IMG/VR virus record: IMGVR_UViG_3300042934_000137
Span: 1 to 58,190 of that record
Direction: 5' to 3' (one strand)
Origin: a virus
Taxonomy: Duplodnaviria; Caudoviricetes
DNA length: 58,190 bases
The translations under genes were made by a program, and so were the position numbers. The notes under the pieces were generated by a model. The model ran no database searches and was not told where the DNA came from. It saw only the letters and a program-made list of their open reading frames with translations. Shown in pieces: positions 1 through 9,282 of the stretch (position 1 is its first letter; the number at the start of each line of letters is the position of its first letter).

Positions 1-38
1 CGATCCTGCACATTAGTGTCTCGGAATCCTTTCGGATA

Positions 39-70
39 TCCTCTCATTATAGGGTGTGTAATTCTTGCGA
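39..70 (-). promoter_or_regulatory. Conserved 32-bp phage promoter motif (same locus as 58082-58113)
   Basis: Minus strand TCGCA-AGAAT-TACAC-ACCC-TATAAT-GAGAGGA. Confidence 0.75.
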
Positions 71-74
71 GACC

Positions 75-103
75 GAAACCTAAAGCCCGTGTGGGCTTAG
101 GTT
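75..103 (-). terminator. Cassette-family hairpin
   Basis: Minus strand AACCTAAGCCC-ACAC-GGGCTTTAGGTT-TC downstream of gene 128-310. Confidence 0.7.
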
Positions 104-127
104 GATGAGGGGTTTGATGGGGGGGGG

Positions 128-310
128 TCAGTTGTTCTCGTTGTCCGAGAGCATCTTGCTCACCGCGTACTTGGCTCCGACGACTGCGGCAACGACACCA
201 ACGTGGATCGCGACGATTTTCGCGACCTGGATCTTGGTGGGGTTGTCCGAGTCGCCGGGGACGGCAACAGCGGTGTGGGTGATGTTCTTGTGACGGTTGA
301 TGAACGACAT
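128..310 (-). CDS. Small cassette protein with one hydrophobic helix, 60 aa
   Basis: MSFINRHKN...VAIHVGVVAAVVGAKYAVSKMLSDNENN; AAGGAG RBS; own promoter and hairpin. Confidence 0.8.
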   Translation of the reverse strand: MSFINRHKNITHTAVAVPGDSDNPTKIQVAKIVAIHVGVVAAVVGAKYAVSKMLSDNENN

Positions 311-328
311 GATAGTCTCCTTCATATA

Positions 329-360
329 GGGTCTCATTATAGGATGTGTAATTCCTGCGA
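329..360 (-). promoter_or_regulatory. Conserved 32-bp phage promoter motif
   Basis: TCGCA-GGAAT-TACAC-ATCC-TATAAT-GAGACCC followed by RBS. Confidence 0.8.
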
Positions 361-389
361 GATCCAAAAAATATAGTCCTTGTGCGGCG

Positions 390-432
390 AAACGTAGAGG
401 GCGTGTAATCTTTCTACACGCCCTCTACGTTT
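390..432 (-). terminator. Strong hairpin ending the late/lysis transcript
   Basis: Perfect 18-bp inverted repeat AAACGTAGAGGGCGTGTA / TACACGCCCTCTACGTTT. Confidence 0.75.
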
Positions 433-450
433 GTACCGGTCCTTGTCGGA

Positions 451-756
451 TCAGCGATTCAGCGGGGTCTTCAACACGCGGTCGAGAGCCCTCGAGGCCA
501 TAACATGACCATGCTCGTAGCCGACGATGATGAGGATCCCAGCCAGACTCCCCGCGACGGTGAGGATCGCATCGGCGCTCAGGGCCTTAGGCTTGTCGGC
601 GTAATCGACTTCCTTCAGCTTGTAGAGCTCCTTCAGCGATTCCAACATCGCGGGGTATTTCGGGTCTTGGGATCCAACCGTCTGCATTTCGGCGAGGATC
701 TTGTTGATGGCAGCTTCGAGGCCTTGCTCGTTGGCATTGGGCGTCCTGCGGAACAT
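451..756 (-). CDS. Membrane protein, 101 aa
   Basis: True start MFRRTPNAN with AGGAG RBS (the 302-aa track ORF is over-extended); C-terminal TM helix AILTVAGSLAGILIIVG. Confidence 0.75.
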   Translation of the reverse strand: MFRRTPNANEQGLEAAINKILAEMQTVGSQDPKYPAMLESLKELYKLKEVDYADKPKALSADAILTVAGSLAGILIIVGYEHGHVMASRALDRVLKTPLNR

Positions 757-780
757 AACTGTTCTCCTAACTATAGGGTT

Positions 781-812
781 GGCATCTATTACATGCTGTG
801 TAAAATATGCGA
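781..812 (-). promoter_or_regulatory. Variant of the 32-bp promoter motif
   Basis: TCGCA-TATTT-TACAC-AGCA-TGTAAT-AGATGCC, same spacing as the other copies. Confidence 0.65.
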
Positions 813-824
813 CCCTCGTTAGGA

Positions 825-1166
825 TTACTGGTTGTTGACCTTGAAGACGACCTCGGACTTGTCGTAGATTGCTTCCGGATGGGTGTTCAGGTCCAGCGAG
901 AACACCTTGCGACCGTCCTGGGTCACCTCGGGAGTGATCTCGCCGATGTACTTCTCGTCGCTCTTGTTGAACGACTCCGCGGCGTATCGCACCAGGACAC
1001 CGAGGAAGGTGTCGAGGACCGCGACCGAACCCACGACCTCTTCGGCCTTCGGCAGGTGCCAGATCTGGGCCAGACCGAAGTAGAGGGCGCCGAGGGCCGG
1101 CAGGAGGATCAGAGCGAAGAACTTCAGCTTGCTGTACATGCTGTCGCTCATCAGGGGCTTGTTCAT
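825..1166 (-). CDS. Holin (Dp-1-like)
   Basis: Two TM helices; LPALGALYFGLAQIWHLP...VVGSVAVLDTFLG pattern typical of Dp-1-type holins. Confidence 0.8.
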   Translation of the reverse strand: MNKPLMSDSMYSKLKFFALILLPALGALYFGLAQIWHLPKAEEVVGSVAVLDTFLGVLVRYAAESFNKSDEKYIGEITPEVTQDGRKVFSLDLNTHPEAIYDKSEVVFKVNNQ

Positions 1167-1180
1167 GTGAGAGTCTCTCC

Positions 1181-1519
1181 TCAGTTTGTTCGTCTGGCCT
1201 GAATGATTTCGGAGTACTTGTTTGGCGATCGAAGAGGGAGGTGTGAGACCTCCTCCATGATTCGCTCAGCGACACCGTTGCCGCCATAGGCCTTGTACGG
1301 TTCGTAGAGGTACTTACGAAACTCTTCGTACTCGTCCTTTGAGATCCAGCCTCGCTCAATATAGTTCAAGCCGAGCTGGGCGATCTTGTCGTAGGCAAGC
1401 CCCAACAAGAGACGGGTCATCGCGTCCTTGGAGTTATCACGCCTGGCTACCCAAGCCCAAAAACCAGAGGACGCGATGACCGTAGCAACCGAAGTCACTG
1501 CTATCGGCACCCAATCCAT
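1181..1519 (-). CDS. Holin-associated membrane protein
   Basis: N-terminal TM helix; YEPYKAYGGNG motif common in phage lysis modules. Confidence 0.6.
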   Translation of the reverse strand: MDWVPIAVTSVATVIASSGFWAWVARRDNSKDAMTRLLLGLAYDKIAQLGLNYIERGWISKDEYEEFRKYLYEPYKAYGGNGVAERIMEEVSHLPLRSPNKYSEIIQARRTN

Positions 1520-1538
1520 AAATATCCCTTAGAGTAGA

Positions 1539-2249
1539 TCAGCCTGTTTGTTTCCAGACACCTGCATTCTTTACCCAAGGGCGAGCCAGTCTCCACACAC
1601 CGTTGACCTTGACGTACGGAACAGCGATTCTCCATGTACCGTTGAACCGTATACGAGCGCCAGCAATAGTTGCTACCGACGCAGGAGGTCCCCAGGCACT
1701 CCATCCCTTAGCGTTATGCGTTCTTCCCCAGAAATACCACGTGGCACCTGGAGAGTGAAGCGCGCCGACCTCGGTGGATCCGTCAGAGACTGTTTGGTAT
1801 TGGACCTGAGTAGGGTTCGTGCCGTAGCCGATGACACGACTATCAATTGCGGCACCATTGTTAGCGCCATCGGCAAAAGTGACAAATACGGAGGTGGGGG
1901 TGACGTTTGTCAGAACCGGTTTGCCTGGGGGGTTTGGCGCTTTGGCTCGGTTAATCGCAACGCTGAACGTAGTCGGTCCACCAAGACCGCTCGTACCCGT
2001 ATTACCGAGCTTGAACGTTACTGTCTGGGTGGTCGTTACGTTCCATCGTCCGAGAAGATCCCAACCGGCGCCCTTTTCGTACCGGTGCTCTTTCCAGGCG
2101 CTTGTGACGCCATTAACCACGTACGCCCACGGCATCTGATAGGCGTACGTGGTCGAGTTTTGCGAGGTAATATAGAACTCGACGTAGGTACCCGTGTCCC
2201 GGATCATCATCTTACCGGAATTACCGGTATTCTTGGTATAGTCAGCCAT
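1539..2249 (-). CDS. Minor tail protein with FN3-like domain
   Basis: Beta-rich; PxxP...SVFVTF...NGAAI...YFWGRTHNAKGWSAWG FN3 pattern; end of tail module. Confidence 0.7.
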   Translation of the reverse strand: MADYTKNTGNSGKMMIRDTGTYVEFYITSQNSTTYAYQMPWAYVVNGVTSAWKEHRYEKGAGWDLLGRWNVTTTQTVTFKLGNTGTSGLGGPTTFSVAINRAKAPNPPGKPVLTNVTPTSVFVTFADGANNGAAIDSRVIGYGTNPTQVQYQTVSDGSTEVGALHSPGATWYFWGRTHNAKGWSAWGPPASVATIAGARIRFNGTWRIAVPYVKVNGVWRLARPWVKNAGVWKQTG

Positions 2250-2257
2250 AATGGCTC

Positions 2258-2494
2258 CTAGATGATCTTGAAGTGGATATCCCCGTCGCTGCCGCCCGTC
2301 GGGTCGCCAGTCCCGTACGTAATGCCCGCGGCGGTGCGATAGGCGGCCTTACCGCTTGGAATAAGACCACGCACCTGAGCGATGAAGTCTCTGGTTCGGT
2401 TGATTTCTCGCGCTCCCCAGCGGACTCGACCTTCCTCACCGGTATCCGGGACAAGCGGAAAGCCAGCCGCTGTGGCCTGATCGCCAACTGCCAT
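2258..2494 (-). CDS. Small tail-associated protein
   Basis: 78 aa, GTGDPTGGSDGDIHF C-terminal motif seen in tail fibers; synteny. Confidence 0.6.
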   Translation of the reverse strand: MAVGDQATAAGFPLVPDTGEEGRVRWGAREINRTRDFIAQVRGLIPSGKAAYRTAAGITYGTGDPTGGSDGDIHFKII

Positions 2495-2515
2495 CTAAAT
2501 ATCCCTTCTACGCAG

Positions 2516-3688
2516 CTAGGCGTTGCTCCAGTATTCGGTGGGTCCAGCGTCTTCCCATGTCTGGTTCTGATCCCAAGCGAGCCAAGACCCGGTTGAGATA
2601 TACTTGTTGAGAGAGAGCGTTGGGTACGAACGATCGCCTTGCGTATCGGAGATGAAGATCTGCTCCGTGACTCGCATTCTGTTAGTGGCGCCGTCCACGT
2701 TTCGCAACTCAACAAGGTCACCCAGGTTGTAGTCACGCCCGTACTTGTACTTGCTGTTTTGGTTGAGCTCCCCATCAAACGCGGCGAAGGACCGGTACTT
2801 GGCCAACTCTTCTCGACCCTTTTGGATCATCTTGGCGCTGGCAACTTCTGGATCTTCATCCGTGATGCTGTCTGCCTTGACAAGCAACATCTTACGTTCG
2901 AAGCCGGTCGTTCGAGTATCTACATCTTGCGCCCAAACGATTTCATGACCTCGAGGGGAGGCAACGTAGGCAACGTTCTTAACCAAGGCGATGGACGTAA
3001 GCGACTTGGTGTTCTGCAGATTGTCGAGATCCGGACTGAAGATCACCGGAGCCAACGTGGTCTGTGAGGCTGTCCTATCGCTGCCAGAATATACGTCGTA
3101 CCACAACTGTGTCGTGTCGTAGTTACGAACAAGACGAAAGCCCAGGTCGTACGCTTCACAAAATGCCTTGGTGATATTGTAGAGCGTATCCATATCGAGT
3201 TCGATTTGGATCGGCTCGATTGGTTCGGGGATCGTGTCTTCCGGAAAACTACCACGACCCATCTTGACGCCCGGCAACTTGTCTCCTACGTCTTGCGTCC
3301 CAAGGATGCAAATATCGTTGAAGAGCTTTCGCAGGACTGCGGCTGGAAGACCTTCGAGGGCGATCTTCGGCATGGCGTTCTCAGGAAACACAGTTGGCGA
3401 CACGGTTTTGTCGTCCAGCGCAATTTCCAAAGAGCGTCCGGTGAGGGTTAAAACCTTCCGACCCTCTTCATCCGTAGTGTCCTCGACAGTCTCTACCGTC
3501 ATGATCCTCTGCGACTCATCGAGAGCCAGTTTTGTCCCCGCAGGGAACCGGCGCCGATTCTCGGGAGTCGAGTGGAGCTTCAGCTGAAAGTCTCCAGCCG
3601 CGGCGTATCGCTCAGTCCAGATGAACGACTCGTACTTGTCGACCACTTGGGTACGACGGTAGAGAGCGTCGAGAATATAGCCTTCCAC
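2516..3688 (-). CDS. Minor tail / baseplate hub protein (ReqiPepy6 Gp37-like)
   Basis: GTG start overlapping the Dit stop; YESFIWTERY and YKYGRDYNLGDLV motifs; follows Dit. Confidence 0.8.
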   Translation of the reverse strand: MEGYILDALYRRTQVVDKYESFIWTERYAAAGDFQLKLHSTPENRRRFPAGTKLALDESQRIMTVETVEDTTDEEGRKVLTLTGRSLEIALDDKTVSPTVFPENAMPKIALEGLPAAVLRKLFNDICILGTQDVGDKLPGVKMGRGSFPEDTIPEPIEPIQIELDMDTLYNITKAFCEAYDLGFRLVRNYDTTQLWYDVYSGSDRTASQTTLAPVIFSPDLDNLQNTKSLTSIALVKNVAYVASPRGHEIVWAQDVDTRTTGFERKMLLVKADSITDEDPEVASAKMIQKGREELAKYRSFAAFDGELNQNSKYKYGRDYNLGDLVELRNVDGATNRMRVTEQIFISDTQGDRSYPTLSLNKYISTGSWLAWDQNQTWEDAGPTEYWSNA

Positions 3689-4533
3689 TACAGACCCCCA
3701 TACCTGGTGGTGTATTCGATCGTCCACGGAATTGGCGTTCCCGAGGTGTACACCCGAATGTAGTTTTCCCCTTGAGCTAGCTGAATCCAGTCAGACTGCG
3801 GAGCGATTGCCCACAGCAGAGAAGTATCAGTTAGCCCGCGGGTCAGCGTCACACTCTTTTGTCCAGGGATCGTTACGATAATGAGCTTGTCCGAGGTGCT
3901 CAGCGGCGCCTCAAAGTCCATCGTTAGAGCGATATCACCACTCTTCCTGTGGTAAATCGTGAACTCACTCAACGTACGAGTGCCTGTCCAGGGCATCTCC
4001 AACGTGAACTTTACCCCTGTGTCAACCGTTCCTTCGTAAGGGATGAGGAAACGACCGCTCTCGCTAGTCGTAGAATCGGTCGTTTCCCCGCTGATGATCA
4101 CAGGCTCTGGATCAATAAAGTCCGGATCAAAGCAGATGATCGAAACATCCACTCGAGGTTCCTTGGTGAAGGATGGCGCATCGCATGTCTCCACACGACC
4201 GTCGATCTGCACAACGAGCCCGTCCGAGTAGTAAAGGTGTAGGGTTACTTCAGACTTCGGCATGAAAAATCCGTATAGCCTGTTCCTCAGCCCTCGAACG
4301 GTGCTCGTTGTGAAGTTGGGCTTCAACTTGAGTCGAATGATGATGTTGCGCGTTGTACGACTGCTGTCTTGGTACTGAGCACCATCCAAGTTGGCCCAGT
4401 CAGACGTCACGAGTGTCGCCTTAACTGGGTCCAAGCCTTCGACTTCTTCGACCAAATATCCGCCGGTAGAATCAGCCAACGGAAGAGCTAGAACGCCGCC
4501 TAGCTTGTTTTTAACTTCTACCATGGTAAGCAT
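3688..4533 (-). CDS. Distal tail protein (Dit)
   Basis: Directly after the tape measure gene; DGAQY...RNI and W.QL..GEN.I motifs. Confidence 0.8.
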   Translation of the reverse strand: MLTMVEVKNKLGGVLALPLADSTGGYLVEEVEGLDPVKATLVTSDWANLDGAQYQDSSRTTRNIIIRLKLKPNFTTSTVRGLRNRLYGFFMPKSEVTLHLYYSDGLVVQIDGRVETCDAPSFTKEPRVDVSIICFDPDFIDPEPVIISGETTDSTTSESGRFLIPYEGTVDTGVKFTLEMPWTGTRTLSEFTIYHRKSGDIALTMDFEAPLSTSDKLIIVTIPGQKSVTLTRGLTDTSLLWAIAPQSDWIQLAQGENYIRVYTSGTPIPWTIEYTTRYGGL

Positions 4534-7500
4534 TACGGCGTCAGAACCTCCTTCGCTACAGATAGTTGATTCTTTGTGTTCCGGTAAATCTCGCCAGGGG
4601 ACAGAGCCTTAGGCGAGTAGTTGTTCTGTACGAACTTCAACTCCGTGTGGTTCGGAAGAGACTGCTCGACGGTACCGGAATCATCGGACTGAGTACGGTT
4701 AGACTGGTATTCATGAGCAGTGTTCCTCGCCTGAGCGTAAGCACCACTAACCGAGATCGGAGGCGTCTTCGGAAGGAAGCCGTTAAGGTTCTGAGCATCC
4801 TTCTTCACGCCAGACAGATCCAATACTGGAGTGATAACGGGATTTAGATCCACGTCACCCCTCACAAGATCGGACAGTCCAGAAAGAGACCCGCGAAGCT
4901 TGTCCAGGGCGGTCTTACCGACACCCATTGCAGACTTACCCACGAGACCAGCGAAGGACTTAAGACCGTTCGCCATACCTTCATCCGACCACTTACCCAG
5001 CTTGAAGAATTCCTTCGACGGGGAGTTAATCCCAAGAAGATTCTTCGCAGCGTCGAGTGCCGACTTAGCTGCATTTCTAGCAGCTGATGCGATTTCTCCA
5101 GCACCACTAGCCAGACCCTTGACCATTCCCTTGACGATGGCCGTAGCCAAACGTCCGCCAGCCTTACCCATCTCGCTCGACTTACTGTCGATCGTCTTCG
5201 AGAGAGTGTTTACGAACTTGATGATAAGGTCTGCTGCAGAGTTCGCGATTTTCGGGAGATTGTTGCTGATCCCCTTGAGGAACTGTGTGATCACGTTTGT
5301 TGCAGCCGTCACGAGCTTGCCTACGTTGTTGGCAATACCGTTCAGGATTCCCGTGATCATCTTCATGCCGGCATCGACGAGCTTGGGAATATACTTGACC
5401 ATGGTATCGAGAAATTTGGTCAAGAGGTTGTAGAGCGTGTCGATGATCGCCGGAGCGAGCGTATTGATCGAGGAAATGAGCGACATGAGCACTGTCGTGA
5501 TAGCCGCGGTGATGGCAGGTCCGCCATTCGCAATAACCCGAGCAAAGGCAATGACACCTTCACCGAGCTTTGCGAGTACGAGAGGGATGATCCCGACGAG
5601 ATCGAGAATAACCCTCTTGATGTTGTCTACCGCAACAGTACCCAACGCGGACAACGCAGTAAGACCGGTAGCGAAAGCGAGAACGCCCACACCAGCAGCC
5701 AAGACCGCGGCGCCGATCAGAAATATGGCCCCACCGAGAGCGAACAAGATGGGTACGACCGGTCCTAGAATAAGACCAGCAGCGCCAAGAATCACGAAGA
5801 CGCCCGCAAGCATCAGAAGACCCTTGCCGATCTCTTCCCAAGACATCTCTCCGAATGCCTGAAGAACGGGCTGAAGAACCGTAAGCGCTGCAGCCACAAC
5901 CAACAGAGCAAGTGCGCCTGGAATTGCAGCTGGCATAGCAATAAGCGCTGCAGCGATGATGAGAAGCGAACCAGCAAGAACCGTCATGGCCTTACCGATT
6001 TCTTCCCAGCTGAGTTGGCTCATCTCCTCGAGGAAATCACCAACCTTAGCCAGAGACATCGCGACGATCAGAACACCCGCTGCACCCAGAGCCGCCGTCG
6101 GCGGAATAACATACAACGCAGCTGCAATGAGCGTCAGAGCACCCAGCATTGCCGTGAGACCCTTACCGATCTCGCCCCAACTCATCTGACCCATCTGCTC
6201 GAGTGCGTCCGCGACCATTCCCATGGAAATGGCTACAAGCAGCACACCAGCGGCCGCAGCAGGTCCCGTTGGAGGAACCGACCGTAACGTCAAGGACATC
6301 AGGTTTAGCGCGATACCCATGGTCACCAACGAGCTTGCGATTTCTGCCCACGACATGTCCGTGAACTTTTCCATCGCTAGCGAGAGAACAAATATACCGC
6401 CCGCTAGAAGCAGAAGACCTGCTCCGGATGACAACCCGGTCTTGTCCACGTTGGAGAATCGAGTAAAGAGTCCTAGGGCCAGTAGAAGTGCGCCAACGCC
6501 AATAAGACCCTTAGCCATCTCTTCCCAGCTAAGGCCAGAAAGATCGGTTACTGCCGAAGCAAGAAGCTTAACCGCTCCAGCAAGAATAACCAATGCGACA
6601 GATGAGGAAATCATCTTCTTGTCATTCGGCATGTTCTGAACAGCAACCACAAGGGCTGCAATCAGAATAGTGACACCGAACAAACCTCGCGCAAGCTCAT
6701 CCCAACTCAGACCAGCAAGCTTCTCGACAGCCTTGGCCAAGACATTCACGGCAATACCGAGAACAATCATGGCTCCAGCAATTGCATACATCTTTGCAAT
6801 ATCGTCGAACTTCAGGTACTTCTCGAACGCGAACATTGCGGCGCCGAGTTGTGCGAACATCACGGTCATTGCCGAGAGGGCTCGAGTGAGGCCTTCCGAA
6901 TCGATCTTGGACAGAGCCACGATCGATATAGTCATGACAGCAATCGCCGCAGCGATCTGGATCAGTGTTGCAGCCCTCAGAGTGTTCTGAAGCGACGAGA
7001 AAGAGTCAGTTACGCCCTCGATCAGGTCGTTGATCTTCTCGAACGGGCCCATGCCACCCATGCCGCCGAACATCTTGGCGATGATTCCGCCAATGAGACC
7101 TGTACCAGCCAGACCGAGGCCGGCAAGGATGGTGTTCAGGACATCGTCCCAGGTGATGTTGGAAAGGCCCTTCTTGATCAGTTCCCCGATGTTGCCGAAG
7201 AACTCACCGACCTTACCGCCAAAGTCTCCGAGGTCGTCAAACATGTCGGAGAAGAACTGCTTGAACCCATCTCCTGCGCTGGGGTCAAAGCCGTTCCACA
7301 ATCCCGAGAGGAAGTTAGTGAGTCGCTTGATCAGGCTGATCGGTGCAGTGAGAACATCCTTCAGGCTCTCGAAGAACTTCTTGAGACCCTCGCCCTCACG
7401 CACTGCGTTACGCATCTCGACGACCCAGTCAGCAACCCTCGCAACCATCTCGAGAAAGCCACCGGAGCCCTTACCGACCGCACCGAAGAGATCGAAGACG

Positions 7501-8891
7501 ATCCCAACGACGCCCTTGACGACATCCCAACCGAGACTGAGAATTGCGAAGAAGCCTGCAAAGATTCGCTTGATTCGATCCGCAGTTTCTCCCCCTATTT
7601 TGAGCCCTTCAGTGAAGTCTCGGAATCGAACCGAGAGATCATACAACTGCTTGGCTGTAGTCGGTGGGAAGATTGACCGGAATGCTTCTCCGATCGGCTT
7701 TACAATGGCAACGAGAGCATCAAAGGCATTCTTGATTGCCTGAATGATGACTACGCGGCCACCCATGTCGTTCCAGTCGCCGATCAGCTTGTTTCGAGCG
7801 TCAGACGATCTTCCGATGAATCCGCCGATGACATCGTTAACACTAGTGAAGAGTTGTCGAGCCTCGAGGAAGTCGCCGAAGAGAAGTTGCCAGGTTTTGG
7901 CCCAACCCGAGGTTACACCTTCCTGAAGAGTACCGATCAACTGCGATACAGTCTTAACCTTTGTCGCGGCATCCTGAGCGGTCTTACCCATCTTCAAGAT
8001 ACCGGCGATTTGCTTGTCCGTGTAACCCATAGTCTTAAGCTGTTGAGCGTTGAGGTCGCCCGTAAACTTCGACAGGGTTTCGGTCAGGATCTCAGAGGTG
8101 ATCCAGCCCTTCTCAAGACTGTTTCGAAAACCACCAGCATCCTTTACCATCTTGTCGATGGCTACACCGTGAGTCCGTGCAGTCTCCATGAGCGAGTCTC
8201 GGAAGACCTTACCGCCCATACCAGCATTAACGACTGAGTTCCAGTCGATTAGGGTCAGCTTTCCTGCGGAGAGTGCCTGAGACAGCTGATACATAGCGCC
8301 AGCAGCCTGCTCGGCGTTCGAGCCAGAAACTGCGGCCAGGTTGGCGATACCCTTGATTGCCGCGGTTGAGGTGTCGAGGTCAACACCAGCCGCGGTGAAG
8401 GTACCAATATTCCGAGCCATTTCGGAGAAGTTGTAGATGGTCTGGTCCGAGTAATGGTTCAGCTCGTCCAGGGCTCCGCTAACTCGATTAAGACCCTTCT
8501 GACCTTCTAGGCCGGTGTTGGCCATAATGGTCTGGATCGAGTTCAAGTTGGTTTCGTATTCTCGAAGACCATCCATGACCGGGGCGATCGTCAATGACTT
8601 GACCAGTTGCGTACCAGCAAACATTGCCCTGTTGACAATATTGTTGATCACGCTGAATGCGACGGCGCCCATGGCACTGAATTTGTGACCGATGGCGTCG
8701 ACGGCGTTCATAAGATGGTCGAGTTTGACGTTCTTGGCCGCAGCGTTGATATTATCAAAACCCTTGGTGGCGCCCGGGAGTTGAAGGCTCTTGTTCAAAT
8801 TGTTGAGAGAGCCCATGGAGGTCTTGACACCGTGCTCAAACTGCGCGTTGTCGAACTTCATCGAAACTACGCGCTCGTCGATGGTGGTCAT
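4533..8891 (-). CDS. Tape measure protein, 1452 aa
   Basis: Start MTTIDERVVSM; long Ala/Gly/Leu helical repeats; tape-measure domain (YSDQTIYNFSEM); C-terminal GINSPSK. Confidence 0.95.
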   Translation of the reverse strand: MTTIDERVVSMKFDNAQFEHGVKTSMGSLNNLNKSLQLPGATKGFDNINAAAKNVKLDHLMNAVDAIGHKFSAMGAVAFSVINNIVNRAMFAGTQLVKSLTIAPVMDGLREYETNLNSIQTIMANTGLEGQKGLNRVSGALDELNHYSDQTIYNFSEMARNIGTFTAAGVDLDTSTAAIKGIANLAAVSGSNAEQAAGAMYQLSQALSAGKLTLIDWNSVVNAGMGGKVFRDSLMETARTHGVAIDKMVKDAGGFRNSLEKGWITSEILTETLSKFTGDLNAQQLKTMGYTDKQIAGILKMGKTAQDAATKVKTVSQLIGTLQEGVTSGWAKTWQLLFGDFLEARQLFTSVNDVIGGFIGRSSDARNKLIGDWNDMGGRVVIIQAIKNAFDALVAIVKPIGEAFRSIFPPTTAKQLYDLSVRFRDFTEGLKIGGETADRIKRIFAGFFAILSLGWDVVKGVVGIVFDLFGAVGKGSGGFLEMVARVADWVVEMRNAVREGEGLKKFFESLKDVLTAPISLIKRLTNFLSGLWNGFDPSAGDGFKQFFSDMFDDLGDFGGKVGEFFGNIGELIKKGLSNITWDDVLNTILAGLGLAGTGLIGGIIAKMFGGMGGMGPFEKINDLIEGVTDSFSSLQNTLRAATLIQIAAAIAVMTISIVALSKIDSEGLTRALSAMTVMFAQLGAAMFAFEKYLKFDDIAKMYAIAGAMIVLGIAVNVLAKAVEKLAGLSWDELARGLFGVTILIAALVVAVQNMPNDKKMISSSVALVILAGAVKLLASAVTDLSGLSWEEMAKGLIGVGALLLALGLFTRFSNVDKTGLSSGAGLLLLAGGIFVLSLAMEKFTDMSWAEIASSLVTMGIALNLMSLTLRSVPPTGPAAAAGVLLVAISMGMVADALEQMGQMSWGEIGKGLTAMLGALTLIAAALYVIPPTAALGAAGVLIVAMSLAKVGDFLEEMSQLSWEEIGKAMTVLAGSLLIIAAALIAMPAAIPGALALLVVAAALTVLQPVLQAFGEMSWEEIGKGLLMLAGVFVILGAAGLILGPVVPILFALGGAIFLIGAAVLAAGVGVLAFATGLTALSALGTVAVDNIKRVILDLVGIIPLVLAKLGEGVIAFARVIANGGPAITAAITTVLMSLISSINTLAPAIIDTLYNLLTKFLDTMVKYIPKLVDAGMKMITGILNGIANNVGKLVTAATNVITQFLKGISNNLPKIANSAADLIIKFVNTLSKTIDSKSSEMGKAGGRLATAIVKGMVKGLASGAGEIASAARNAAKSALDAAKNLLGINSPSKEFFKLGKWSDEGMANGLKSFAGLVGKSAMGVGKTALDKLRGSLSGLSDLVRGDVDLNPVITPVLDLSGVKKDAQNLNGFLPKTPPISVSGAYAQARNTAHEYQSNRTQSDDSGTVEQSLPNHTELKFVQNNYSPKALSPGEIYRNTKNQLSVAKEVLTP

Positions 8892-9268
8892 GCTGCGGAT
8901 TTCACCGCCTTCCAAACTCGGTCTGCGATCTTGTCGAACACAGGCTTGATTGCTGGGTTGATGAAGTCACGTCCCTGTACATAACCACCGGTGCCGGTAG
9001 AATATCCATACTGGAGCATGATGACAACAGGAAAACCGTTTTCTACGTCAGAGTTGGTCCACTCAATGGTGTAAACACCGCCTCTTCGATAGACCTTGTG
9101 TCCCCACGAATTAGCTGCGAGTCCACTCTCAAGAGGGGTCGCCGCTGCGAGAGCCGACGTCCCCTCTTGAGCTGATGCCGCCATGATGCTGAGAATATCC
9201 AGTTTGGAGACGTTCTGAAGGAACTTCTCCGTGTTCTTGAAGGAGCCCTTAACTTCGTAGCGAATCAT
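8888..9268 (-). CDS. Tail completion / neck protein (HK97 gp10-like)
   Basis: TPLESGLAANSW...LQYG...GRDFINPA motif. Confidence 0.7.
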   Translation of the reverse strand: MIRYEVKGSFKNTEKFLQNVSKLDILSIMAASAQEGTSALAAATPLESGLAANSWGHKVYRRGGVYTIEWTNSDVENGFPVVIMLQYGYSTGTGGYVQGRDFINPAIKPVFDKIADRVWKAVKSAA

Positions 9269-9282
9269 TAAGGGCTCCTCCC

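Larger units (their letters stand above)
1..148. repeat. Terminal direct repeat / circular assembly overlap (left copy)
   Basis: 1-148 matches 58044-58190 except G9 versus G8 in one homopolymer. Confidence 0.95.

Noticed and set aside
451-1359. 302-aa ORF as a single gene
   Set aside because: The upstream part overlaps the holin and its neighbour in another frame; the RBS and promoter support a start at 756
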